DNA from: Escherichia phage MIZ6
DNA: 64,000 nucleotides
Strand: one strand, 5' to 3'
Sequence record: OR192075.1
Shown in pieces: positions 35,247 through 42,836 of this stretch (its first letter is position 1; the number at the start of each line of letters is the position of its first letter). The position numbers and the translations under genes are program-made. Below the pieces are notes generated by a model that was given only the letters and a program-made list of their open reading frames with translations, was not told where the DNA came from and did not search any database.

Positions 35247-35452
35247 GTCACCGTTTTGTAAAGAAACACAATAAAATCCAAGACAAGAAAGACAGTGTAA
35301 ATGATCATCGTCAAGACAGTAAACACTGTCAGATTTTCATCGTTAGTTAATTCATAGTCGCCCATCCATACAATAACAAGATATAGCATTGAAAGAATGG
35401 AAGCACCTACGAAGTTAAAAAACATATTCTTGAGCGTCATATTAACAACCAT
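35243..35452 (-). CDS. small membrane protein
   Basis: 69 aa hydrophobic. Confidence 0.4.
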   Translation of the reverse strand: MVVNMTLKNMFFNFVGASILSMLYLVIVWMGDYELTNDENLTVFTVLTMIIYTVFLVLDFIVFLYKTVT

Positions 35453-35624
35453 CGCGGCTTAAGTCAACAGCAATTGCATACAGCATAATGAATATGCTAG
35501 CAGATCCAAGAATCAATGCACCGTCACATTTTGAAACTCGCTCATCAAAATGCAACAGTATCCATCCGAGGATGTTAAAGGCGCACACCGCGCCTATATT
35601 ATCTAACCAATTAATCTTTTTCAT
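35442..35624 (-). CDS. small membrane protein
   Basis: 60 aa hydrophobic. Confidence 0.4.
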   Translation of the reverse strand: MKKINWLDNIGAVCAFNILGWILLHFDERVSKCDGALILGSASIFIMLYAIAVDLSRDGC

Positions 35625-35632
35625 AATATACC

Positions 35633-35959
35633 TTAAAAAGAAACAGTTTTCAAGAAATCCAGATTTTCAGTACCGAAAACAGAAAAGTAGTGTTTTCCTT
35701 TTTCGGTTTTAGAGAAAGCGATTGTCTTCTCTACATGGTGACGGAAGCCAGACAGACGATCGCCCAGGTCAAGGCGGCAAGCGTAAGTAGTGCCGTTTTC
35801 GAAAGTAACCTCGATTTGAGTTTTGTCATATTCGCTTTCATAGGCTTTTGCTGCCGCTTCCAGTGCTTTACGCTCGAAGTCTTCGAAGTGGAATACTTCG
35901 TTTGCGTTAGCGAATACAGAAGATTCAGAGAAGATAACTTTAACAGATACTGGTTTCAT
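35633..35959 (-). CDS. hypothetical protein
   Basis: 108 aa; promoter cassette and AAGGAG RBS upstream. Confidence 0.55.
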   Translation of the reverse strand: MKPVSVKVIFSESSVFANANEVFHFEDFERKALEAAAKAYESEYDKTQIEVTFENGTTYACRLDLGDRLSGFRHHVEKTIAFSKTEKGKHYFSVFGTENLDFLKTVSF

Positions 35960-35992
35960 TTTGATACTCCTTAGTAGTTCGTGTTTCGTTTC

Positions 35993-36021
35993 GATGGGTG
36001 TATTATGCTATACACCCTCTC
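35993..36021 (-). promoter_or_regulatory. sigma70-like early promoter with inverted repeat around -10
   Basis: -35 TTGACA 36016-36021, 17-bp spacer, -10 CATAAT 35993-35998; arms GGGTGTAT 35987-35994 / ATACACCC 36001-36008. Confidence 0.6.
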
Positions 36022-36038
36022 GTGTGTCAACAACTTTT

Positions 36039-36227
36039 TTAGTCTTTTTTCATAATTTCTAGAGCAGTTTCTACCGCACCTTTCCACCCCTCCCACATAA
36101 TGGACATAGTAATGAAGTTAAAGCACCCGCAGGAATCAGCCTTTTTAGAAATAAACCATTCTGCAAACGCTTCGCTCATACCATGCTCTTTAGCGGATTC
36201 GCGTAATTGTTCAATTTGGTCTTCCAT
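36039..36227 (-). CDS. hypothetical protein
   Basis: 62-aa ORF. Confidence 0.4.
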   Translation of the reverse strand: MEDQIEQLRESAKEHGMSEAFAEWFISKKADSCGCFNFITMSIMWEGWKGAVETALEIMKKD

Positions 36228-36236
36228 AGTATCACC

Positions 36237-36437
36237 TCAACACTTAACGTTATTCAAACGATTTTGAAAGTACATATAGCAAGCATAATTTTGTTTTGGC
36301 TGTACCGTATCAGATAAGCACGCTTTTACAGCCTCGCGGTCCGATGGATCTACGCCCTCAGCGTTAAGCAATGCTAAGATCTGATAATAGCGTACTCTCA
36401 GTTGCGTTAATGGTTTCTCTCCCATAAAACCCTCCAA
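36237..36437 (-). CDS. hypothetical protein
   Basis: 66-aa ORF. Confidence 0.4.
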   Translation of the reverse strand: MEGFMGEKPLTQLRVRYYQILALLNAEGVDPSDREAVKACLSDTVQPKQNYACYMYFQNRLNNVKC

Positions 36438-36665
36438 TTAAAGTTGTTCTGCAATGTATGCGGTGCATTTACGGAGTTTAGCCATCGCACCACCTTTCAT
36501 GTCGCTTGCACCTACAAGGTTCATGATCTCTAAGCGGTCAGTCGGATTCAGTCTAGTAGCCCAGATCTGGTTAGCCAGTTCCATTTTACCCATCTGCGGT
36601 TCCATCTCAAACAGTTCGCGCTCAAAGTCGATAATTTCTTTTGCTGCGTCTTTAAAGTTAATCAT
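36438..36665 (-). CDS. hypothetical protein
   Basis: 75 aa; promoter cassette upstream. Confidence 0.45.
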   Translation of the reverse strand: MINFKDAAKEIIDFERELFEMEPQMGKMELANQIWATRLNPTDRLEIMNLVGASDMKGGAMAKLRKCTAYIAEQL

Positions 36666-36694
36666 TTTGATTCTCCCGTTTCGTTGATGGTTGT

Positions 36695-36723
36695 ATTGTA
36701 GGGGAGTTATCCTCCCCTGTCAA
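36695..36723 (-). promoter_or_regulatory. sigma70-like early promoter
   Basis: -35 TTGACA 36718-36723; spacer palindrome AGGGGAG-TTATC-CTCCCCT 36700-36718; -10 TACAAT 36695-36700. Confidence 0.55.
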
Positions 36724-36731
36724 CACTTTTA

Positions 36732-36917
36732 TCAGAAATATGCAATATAGTTTGCCAGTCCTACAGAGTCATCATTCGGCATTGCTTTTACTGCCAGTTC
36801 AAACCCTGCTTCAACTTTCTGTTTAGCGGATTCTTCGTTATAACCCCAGATTACCAGAATAGCTACTACGTTTTCTTTGCTTACTGCTTTCAGTGCTTTA
36901 GTGATGCGACGTGCCAT
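36732..36917 (-). CDS. hypothetical protein
   Basis: 61 aa; promoter cassette and GGAGAATCAAATTATG leader. Confidence 0.45.
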   Translation of the reverse strand: MARRITKALKAVSKENVVAILVIWGYNEESAKQKVEAGFELAVKAMPNDDSVGLANYIAYF

Positions 36918-36963
36918 AATTTGATTCTCCGTTTAAGAAAGTGTGTTTCGTTTCGATGGGTGT

Positions 36964-36992
36964 ATTATGCTATAGGCCGGATCTGGTGTCAA
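36964..36992 (-). promoter_or_regulatory. sigma70-like early promoter (cassette with terminator 37026-37043)
   Basis: -35 TTGACA 36987-36992, 17-bp spacer, -10 CATAAT 36964-36969; 29 nt identical to the 35975-36003 copy. Confidence 0.55.
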
Positions 36993-37025
36993 CAACTTTT
37001 TTAAAAAATTTTAGGCAATAAAAAA

Positions 37026-37043
37026 GCCACTCCGAAGAGTGGC
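37026..37043 (-). terminator. terminator hairpin with UUCG tetraloop
   Basis: minus strand GCCACTC-TTCG-GAGTGGC followed by T6. Confidence 0.6.
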
Positions 37044-37046
37044 TTA

Positions 37047-37194
37047 TAGGGAAGGTAGCGAATCTTCCTTGTCTCCAACCTGCTAGCGGCCTAGCAAGGG
37101 AATGCTTTAGCGTACCGGATCGCCCACATACGCTGTAATAAATGCGGCTAGGTGACGTCCAAATCATTCTAACCGCGCTGTCTTTAGTTCACTA
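37047..37194 (-). ncRNA. candidate structured RNA / structured 3' UTR upstream of terminator
   Basis: ~150 nt between stop at 37195 and terminator hairpin 37026-37043; three predicted local hairpins; no ORF with RBS. Confidence 0.25.
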
Positions 37195-37413
37195 TTATTT
37201 ATATCGCTTTCTCTCGCGACGTTTTTGATCTTCTTCCTTGATAGAGTTAAATGCATCAAAAAGACACATGACACTGATAATGAACATAACCGTATTTTCT
37301 ACGATATCCCACGGCTTCGCATCAGTACAGATCCCCCAAACGGTAAGAAATGCAAATAAGGCAGAAGAGATCACAAGCATGATACTTGCTAAGATATAAA
37401 AAGTCATTTTCAT
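37195..37413 (-). CDS. small membrane protein
   Basis: 72 aa, two TM segments, basic tail. Confidence 0.45.
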   Translation of the reverse strand: MKMTFYILASIMLVISSALFAFLTVWGICTDAKPWDIVENTVMFIISVMCLFDAFNSIKEEDQKRRERKRYK

Positions 37414-37604
37414 GGTTTTACCTCAATTCTTCGATATTCATCACACATCCACGCAGTAAGCAAGAATCCCAACACATAAGCAACAAAATACGTTAATGCT
37501 TCTTCTGGTTCGGTGCTATGCGCCATCATCAGACCAGCGAGAAAGGTCTTAACAATTACATTTAAAATAATTAGCCACGCAAATAATTTCATCGTTTGCC
37601 CCAT
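37410..37604 (-). CDS. small membrane protein
   Basis: 64 aa. Confidence 0.4.
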   Translation of the reverse strand: MGQTMKLFAWLIILNVIVKTFLAGLMMAHSTEPEEALTYFVAYVLGFLLTAWMCDEYRRIEVKP

Positions 37605-37828
37605 TTCGGTCGAGTCTTTTCAAACTTATACATTCCGTAACAATCTCGAATCATCCACGTAACAAGAGCACCAGTCAACACAGACAATACACAGAAGAAG
37701 TAAAACGGTCCGGTTGCATTATCAACATGAGCAAGCCAGGTAAAGAAAACACATGCTAAGAATGTAAAGAACATCATAAAGCACAAGAAAGCGAAATATT
37801 TTATACTACTCATAGCGCCACCATACAA
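37589..37828 (-). CDS. small membrane protein
   Basis: 79 aa. Confidence 0.4.
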   Translation of the reverse strand: MYGGAMSSIKYFAFLCFMMFFTFLACVFFTWLAHVDNATGPFYFFCVLSVLTGALVTWMIRDCYGMYKFEKTRPKWGKR

Positions 37829-37916
37829 CAGATCATAAGAAAACCCAACGCAATAAGAATTGCATCAAATTTAGTGAACTCAGGCCCACCTATCAACATC
37901 ATTCGTTCTATTTCGT

Positions 37917-38159
37917 TCATAGCGTACAAAGCCATTTAAAAGCACCACATAAAGCGAGCAGAATACTAGGTATAAACGAGACCAAAACAAGACTACAAAA
38001 ATCATCTAAGGTAACACCGGAATAGCTACCTACTGTAACAACACCGATCATCAGACACAGAAAGAAAACAAATGCAATCATAAACAAAGTATTGCTAAAC
38101 AGTTTAGTGATCATTAGACACCCCACGACGATCAATTTCAAAAACTTTTTTATCATCAA
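37917..38159 (-). CDS. small membrane protein
   Basis: 80 aa. Confidence 0.4.
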   Translation of the reverse strand: MMIKKFLKLIVVGCLMITKLFSNTLFMIAFVFFLCLMIGVVTVGSYSGVTLDDFCSLVLVSFIPSILLALCGAFKWLCTL

Positions 38160-38307
38160 CGAAGCATGTCACAACTGCCTCGTTGACTTCCGCAAATTGT
38201 TGTGTCACCCACTTAAGGTCAGAGCGAAACAATGTTCTATTAATAACAAATGTTTTACCGCTCTTATCCTTACCCATAAATTTTGCTTTAACCATATCCA
38301 ATTCCAT
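38104..38307 (-). CDS. hypothetical small protein
   Basis: 67 aa, soluble. Confidence 0.4.
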   Translation of the reverse strand: MELDMVKAKFMGKDKSGKTFVINRTLFRSDLKWVTQQFAEVNEAVVTCFVDDKKVFEIDRRGVSNDH

Positions 38308-38316
38308 ATTATCACC

Positions 38317-38520
38317 TTATTTGCTAATCGCTAAACCCAATCCGAAGAGAGCACCCGATGCTACAGTATACCCGAAAGTTTCAAAGGCAGTAAAGATATC
38401 TAAGCCACCAGCTAACAGAGTTGCGGTAAACAGAGTACCAGCTACGAACATAAAAGTTTTACCGATAAATTTCATTTTGATTCTCCTTTCGTTTGTTTGT
38501 GGGGGTATCTTACTACCCAC
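38317..38520 (-). CDS. small membrane protein
   Basis: 67 aa; promoter cassette upstream. Confidence 0.45.
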   Translation of the reverse strand: MGSKIPPQTNERRIKMKFIGKTFMFVAGTLFTATLLAGGLDIFTAFETFGYTVASGALFGLGLAISK

Positions 38521-38536
38521 CGTTTCATGTTGTCAA
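38507..38536 (-). promoter_or_regulatory. sigma70-like early promoter with imperfect inverted repeat around -10
   Basis: -35 TTGACA 38531-38536, 18-bp spacer, -10 TAAGAT; arms GTGGGGGTA / TACCCAC. Confidence 0.5.
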
Positions 38537-38542
38537 CTGTTT

Positions 38543-38935
38543 TTAAGAAAATTTTACTTCGTCTACAATGTCTTTCATGACATTGATTTCCATTCCGGTC
38601 AGAACACGTTGGAACATGTGCTGAACATACGCTTTCAGGTATTCATTTGATGGCTTGCTATCGAAAGTCTTTTTAGTGTAGTAGTCATCACCGAAAGCTA
38701 CTGTAATTACATTTTCGTCGTCGTTCCAAGCGATATAAGCAAATTTGCCGTTATCCCAGAAGCGAGCACTAATTGCTACTTTTGTTGAATCGAATCCTAC
38801 TTCGCTGTGAGATTCAAGAACTACTTGCGTGCCAGTTTCTTTATGAATGTAGTAGCGGGATACTAAGTCAAAGTTACGGGTGTAGTGACATTCGAACTTA
38901 TCTTTAAACATCATCATCATTTTTGATTCTCCCAA
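38543..38935 (-). CDS. hypothetical protein
   Basis: 130-aa ORF; promoter cassette upstream. Confidence 0.5.
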   Translation of the reverse strand: MGESKMMMMFKDKFECHYTRNFDLVSRYYIHKETGTQVVLESHSEVGFDSTKVAISARFWDNGKFAYIAWNDDENVITVAFGDDYYTKKTFDSKPSNEYLKAYVQHMFQRVLTGMEINVMKDIVDEVKFS

Positions 38936-38958
38936 GTGTTTTTCGTTTCTATGTGTGC

Positions 38959-38987
38959 ATTATGCTATAGTCGTTTATGGTTGTCAA
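38959..38987 (-). promoter_or_regulatory. sigma70-like early promoter (cassette with terminator 39006-39024)
   Basis: -35 TTGACA 38982-38987, 17-bp spacer, -10 CATAAT 38959-38964. Confidence 0.55.
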
Positions 38988-39005
38988 CACATAAAAACAA
39001 AAAAA

Positions 39006-39024
39006 CCCCGAAAATTTTTCGGGG
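39006..39024. terminator. terminator hairpin after 57B-like gene
   Basis: AAAAAAACCCCGAAAATTTTTCGGGGTAT. Confidence 0.55.
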
Positions 39025-39031
39025 TATAGAA

Positions 39032-39502
39032 TTACAGTTTGGTCGTCCACTCCAGGTCTAGATCTTCGACATATTCATGAGATCGGACAATCTCTAAATC
39101 GAACTCTAGGTCAGTGCCAAATTTACGCGCACCAACATCATAAGAAAGCGTGATATGCGGTACATATTCAGGATAATCCCACGTCGCACCTAAAGCAGTT
39201 CCGATATCGTGTCTGAATTGCATGTAGTCGCTTTCAAATGCCAACACAAGCGCATTAGTACCGGATTGAGTTTCAAACACTTTCAGATGGCATAGAGAGC
39301 CTAAAAACTTTTCACCCTCTTCTGGGATAAACGGAACATAGACACGAGAATATAAGATAGTGCTATGCAGTTTATCACGAGGAACGGCATTAGGCAGATC
39401 GTAGAACTCCTGCAATTTTTCAATGCGGTCTAGTGTATCCTCAGTGAATTTAACAGCCGCATATGTACCTTTAACGGATTCTCGAAACGGGGTCATAATC
39501 AA
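39032..39502 (-). CDS. 57B: 2H-phosphoesterase-fold protein at T4 57B position (Acb1-like anti-CBASS candidate)
   Basis: 156 aa; two H-x-T motifs (HSTIL ~aa46, HITLS ~aa116); sits immediately downstream of 57A/gene 1 as T4 57B does. Confidence 0.55.
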   Translation of the reverse strand: MIMTPFRESVKGTYAAVKFTEDTLDRIEKLQEFYDLPNAVPRDKLHSTILYSRVYVPFIPEEGEKFLGSLCHLKVFETQSGTNALVLAFESDYMQFRHDIGTALGATWDYPEYVPHITLSYDVGARKFGTDLEFDLEIVRSHEYVEDLDLEWTTKL

Positions 39503-39765
39503 GCCTCCGTGATCAGTTCTACTTCCTCTTTAGCGTCTTCCGCTGCTTCGTCTTTAGGGAGAAGTGCTTTCACTTCTTCGACAATAGCATCAAGGGAAAC
39601 AGTGCCGTTTTCGTCTGGCTGAATACCCAGAATGCGTACCAGTTCCATCAATACACGCTCACGATCTTTCAGTTGGCCTTCTAAGAATGCGGCCTTTTCT
39701 TGAGTGTCAAACAGACGTACTTTCAGGACATTAATCATTTGTTCATGCTGATTGGACATATTCAC
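39499..39765 (-). CDS. 57A: gp57A-like tail fiber chaperone
   Basis: 88 aa acidic coiled-coil protein adjacent to gene 1; synteny. Confidence 0.55.
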   Translation of the reverse strand: MNMSNQHEQMINVLKVRLFDTQEKAAFLEGQLKDRERVLMELVRILGIQPDENGTVSLDAIVEEVKALLPKDEAAEDAKEEVELITEA

Positions 39766-39791
39766 ATCTCCTACTTGTTGATAACTTTTTA

Positions 39792-40448
39792 TTAAATGTT
39801 CGCGAGAATCGCGCTTTCAAATTCTTCTAATGTACCATTATTTATGATAATGGTTTCACCGTCAATAGGCAAAATTCCTTTTTCGGTGGAGTGAGTCGAT
39901 ACAATACCAGTATCACGCTGAATATGCAACACCTTAGCACCCATAGCACGCATGAGAGCAATTTCAATAGGCTGACGCACATCAACCACTACAAAATACC
40001 CTTCTTCATTTTTGCGCTTCATAAACTCATTCACGAAGAGATTACACCAATAAAGCGGATTGATCAAGTTAACCATTATATCAGTACCGAGAGTGGTTAA
40101 CATGAGACGAATAGACCAGACGTTATTATGTTTTTCGCCGATCTCATTAACGACCTTGTAAATCTCAGCCAGACGATCACAAGTAAAGGAACTACCGCCA
40201 TACTTCGAATCTAGCATAAGCAGACACTGAATAAACCACTTATGCGCGGTATAGGTATCAATACCTAGATCGGCTTCTCTGTCACGCCCTAACCCGTCAA
40301 AGTCAAGATAAGTCAGACCTAAGTCTGGTTGACATTCGCATAAGATTTCTTTGATCGGTGCTGCCAGTTGATAACTGTGTCCATCAATGATTAACGCGGC
40401 AGTATCTTTTCCTACTCGCTTTTTACCACAAAGTGCAATCAATTTCAT
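39792..40448 (-). CDS. 1: deoxynucleoside monophosphate kinase gp1
   Basis: 218 aa; MKLIALCGKKRVGKDT P-loop; LGTDIMVN and C-terminal region resemble T4 gp1. Confidence 0.85.
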   Translation of the reverse strand: MKLIALCGKKRVGKDTAALIIDGHSYQLAAPIKEILCECQPDLGLTYLDFDGLGRDREADLGIDTYTAHKWFIQCLLMLDSKYGGSSFTCDRLAEIYKVVNEIGEKHNNVWSIRLMLTTLGTDIMVNLINPLYWCNLFVNEFMKRKNEEGYFVVVDVRQPIEIALMRAMGAKVLHIQRDTGIVSTHSTEKGILPIDGETIIINNGTLEEFESAILANI

Positions 40449-40463
40449 TATATAAGCCTCTTA

Positions 40464-41054
40464 TTACTTTCTAAAAGCAGGGTGCATAGCTTTAATACCT
40501 TCCACCCTCTGACGATCCGCCGCCTGAATTGCTGGGCGAGGAACGATCAGTTGACCATCACGTTCAATGCTCATTGTTTTAAAGGGAAGAATTGCAGTAC
40601 ACACCAGAGATTCATGCATATCATCGGTGTATGTTAACTCAAGTTCCCCCAATTGTGAACACCAACAACCATAAAAGTTAAAAGTGCACACAATGTTACG
40701 TCGTTCGTTGTCCATCATGTGAACTTGAACGGCTTCCGGCATTGAATCCTTCCACGCAGTGGAGTTACCGTTATTGTAGTCTACTATAGAAAGCATCCAT
40801 GTGTAAAGGTTTAGATAGCTTTCCAAATGCTCATCGACAATAAACCGGACTACCAACGGGTCAAACTCCACATGACTAGACGGATAATCAGCGACCGCCA
40901 AACCATATTGACCAGCAACTTGCTTAGTCGGTGGAATGGTTATAGCCGGAAGTGTAACACCTTGAGCATTTAAAGTAAAGCCTTTTGTTAGTTGTCCATC
41001 TGGAATATTGATCTGCCAGTTGCTAGGGTTAGCATAGTTAAAGAGATTAGACAT
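40464..41054 (-). CDS. 3: gp3 tail completion protein
   Basis: 196 aa; synteny 1-3-2-4 as in T4. Confidence 0.6.
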   Translation of the reverse strand: MSNLFNYANPSNWQINIPDGQLTKGFTLNAQGVTLPAITIPPTKQVAGQYGLAVADYPSSHVEFDPLVVRFIVDEHLESYLNLYTWMLSIVDYNNGNSTAWKDSMPEAVQVHMMDNERRNIVCTFNFYGCWCSQLGELELTYTDDMHESLVCTAILPFKTMSIERDGQLIVPRPAIQAADRQRVEGIKAMHPAFRK

Positions 41055-41244
41055 TACTGATTCCTCAAATGAAAATATTTATTAACAATTGTCGCTTTGC
41101 GACGTGCCGTAGGCACTGACTACTTTTTAACCGAAACAAATTTTTTATTATTCTAAAGATCTTTCTTCGTTTTGGTTATGTTTTAACCAATAACTATATT
41201 TTTATACAGTAATAAATAAAACGGGTACTATACGAGGACTTCTT

Positions 41245-41499
41245 ATGACAGAAGACATTTTGTTAAAACTCTATGATCGTCTGGATAACGAATTAGCAAC
41301 ATTGCGGGGTGAAGTTCTCTATTTGTCTAAATGCAATACAGATCTGCTTAAGCAGATTGCAGAAAGGGATGATCAAATAAAATCCCTTTCAGGTGCATTA
41401 CGTGATCGCGACAAGGCATTAGAGATTTTACAGCGTGTTACCAATAAGGAAGAATTAAAAGACTTCTTACATGGTTATGCTCATGCCATCGATCTATAA
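41245..41499 (+). CDS. hypothetical coiled-coil protein, oppositely oriented insert between gp3 and gp2
   Basis: 84 aa; followed by bidirectional terminator. Confidence 0.5.
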   Translation: MTEDILLKLYDRLDNELATLRGEVLYLSKCNTDLLKQIAERDDQIKSLSGALRDRDKALEILQRVTNKEELKDFLHGYAHAIDL

Positions 41500-41506
41500 T
41501 AAAAAA

Positions 41507-41523
41507 GCCCGTCAATGACGGGC
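41507..41523. terminator. bidirectional terminator between convergent genes
   Basis: AAAAAAGCCCGTCAATGACGGGCTTAATCTTAT; palindromic stem flanked by A6 and T-rich tract. Confidence 0.6.
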
Positions 41524-41529
41524 TTAATC

Positions 41530-42351
41530 TTATGCATCCTTCCAAACTTTCCTTGCGTCGTATTTCTTGCCTTTTGACATAAACTGATATGTAGGCATAT
41601 AGATAATATTGCTCCAGTCTTTCGGGCTAATCTCAACAAGTTTTGTTTTAATGTGTCCCGGTAGATATGCTTTGATCATGTGGTCACTACCACGCATACC
41701 TTTTACATCGCTCCATTTGATTTTTAAGCGTGTTTTATTGCTCAAGGTAGGAGTAGATGCATATTGCTTTAAAAGTGCCTCTAAAAACTGCTGACGGGCT
41801 TTAGGCGTTACATAGTGTAAGTTAAGACCCAGCATTACAGTATTACCCGCCTTTGTCTTAGAATCACCCAGACAAATGATCAGCGGGAAAACATCCCAAT
41901 ATGGCAAAGTGTCTTTATACTTCGCATCATACATAAAGGTATAGATTCGCCCTACTTGCGGTTTTACAATCTGGTGTCCCTTTATTCCCGCTTTTATTGT
42001 TTTAGTAAACCACTCCTGTGATTTTTCTTTAGGACGACTCTTTGATACAGCACGCATAGACGCACGAAAATCATTAATCATCATCATTGCGCGTTGCTGC
42101 TTATTGAGACCCTTTGCACTTTTCCCTTTTAGTTTTTCAACTTCTATTGCTGTTTTAATTTCGCTGGCATAACGAGACATACTTTTAGTGAAAGTCGCAT
42201 AGGCTATTCCCTTAGAATCTGCAAATGCTTTAGCTGTCATTCCTTTGGCTTTTGTTTTCGCAAATTCTACACCCAATTCGACCCACTGTTTAGACTTTCT
42301 TTTTTGGGGAGACGGCTTTTCGTCTTCGGTGATTATTTCAAATACGCTCAT
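41530..42351 (-). CDS. 2: gp2 DNA end protector protein
   Basis: 273 aa (T4 gp2 ~274 aa); synteny between gp3 and gp4. Confidence 0.65.
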   Translation of the reverse strand: MSVFEIITEDEKPSPQKRKSKQWVELGVEFAKTKAKGMTAKAFADSKGIAYATFTKSMSRYASEIKTAIEVEKLKGKSAKGLNKQQRAMMMINDFRASMRAVSKSRPKEKSQEWFTKTIKAGIKGHQIVKPQVGRIYTFMYDAKYKDTLPYWDVFPLIICLGDSKTKAGNTVMLGLNLHYVTPKARQQFLEALLKQYASTPTLSNKTRLKIKWSDVKGMRGSDHMIKAYLPGHIKTKLVEISPKDWSNIIYMPTYQFMSKGKKYDARKVWKDA

Positions 42352-42362
42352 AATATTATCCT

Positions 42363-42836
42363 CTATTTGTTAAGCCCTTTAAAGCCAAACACTTTCTTTA
42401 ATGCATGTTCGGTTATGATCTTAAACTCCATGTTATGCTTTTGGCATAATTTCACGGCAGCTAACCATTTTTCAGTATTTTTTGTGTATGTCCATACTTC
42501 ATGCATATATCGTTGCTTTGTCTTCGCGGTCATTCTTTTTGGCTTTTCCGGTGGCCTTGTCTCTTTAGCTGGTTTAACTTCCCATAAATGCTCCTTGCCA
42601 TCATCAAACTTAACGTAAAAATCCATAAAGTATCTGTGTCTTTTTCCGTCGGTTGATGACTCATAAGGAATTACTACGGTCTCAGATCCCCATTTTGCAA
42701 CTCTAGGATTGCGGTCTAAAAATTTCATTATATGTAATTCCCAACTTGACCTGTAGACGATTTTTTTCAGGTCGCCTTTATACTTCTCAGGATTTTCAGG
42801 TCTATATTTACCCTTATATGTGTTGCAATTACCCAT
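42363..42836 (-). CDS. 4: gp4 head completion protein
   Basis: 157 aa; ..NPEKYKGDLKKIVYRSSWELHIMKFLDRNPRVAKWGSETVVIPY.. resembles T4 gp4. Confidence 0.85.
   Translation of the reverse strand: MGNCNTYKGKYRPENPEKYKGDLKKIVYRSSWELHIMKFLDRNPRVAKWGSETVVIPYESSTDGKRHRYFMDFYVKFDDGKEHLWEVKPAKETRPPEKPKRMTAKTKQRYMHEVWTYTKNTEKWLAAVKLCQKHNMEFKIITEHALKKVFGFKGLNK

Noticed and set aside
36970-37167. 65-aa minus-strand ORF
   Set aside because: Falls in the structured intergenic segment between promoter 36964-36992 and the upstream gene; no RBS; the start would sit inside the promoter. Treated as non-coding.
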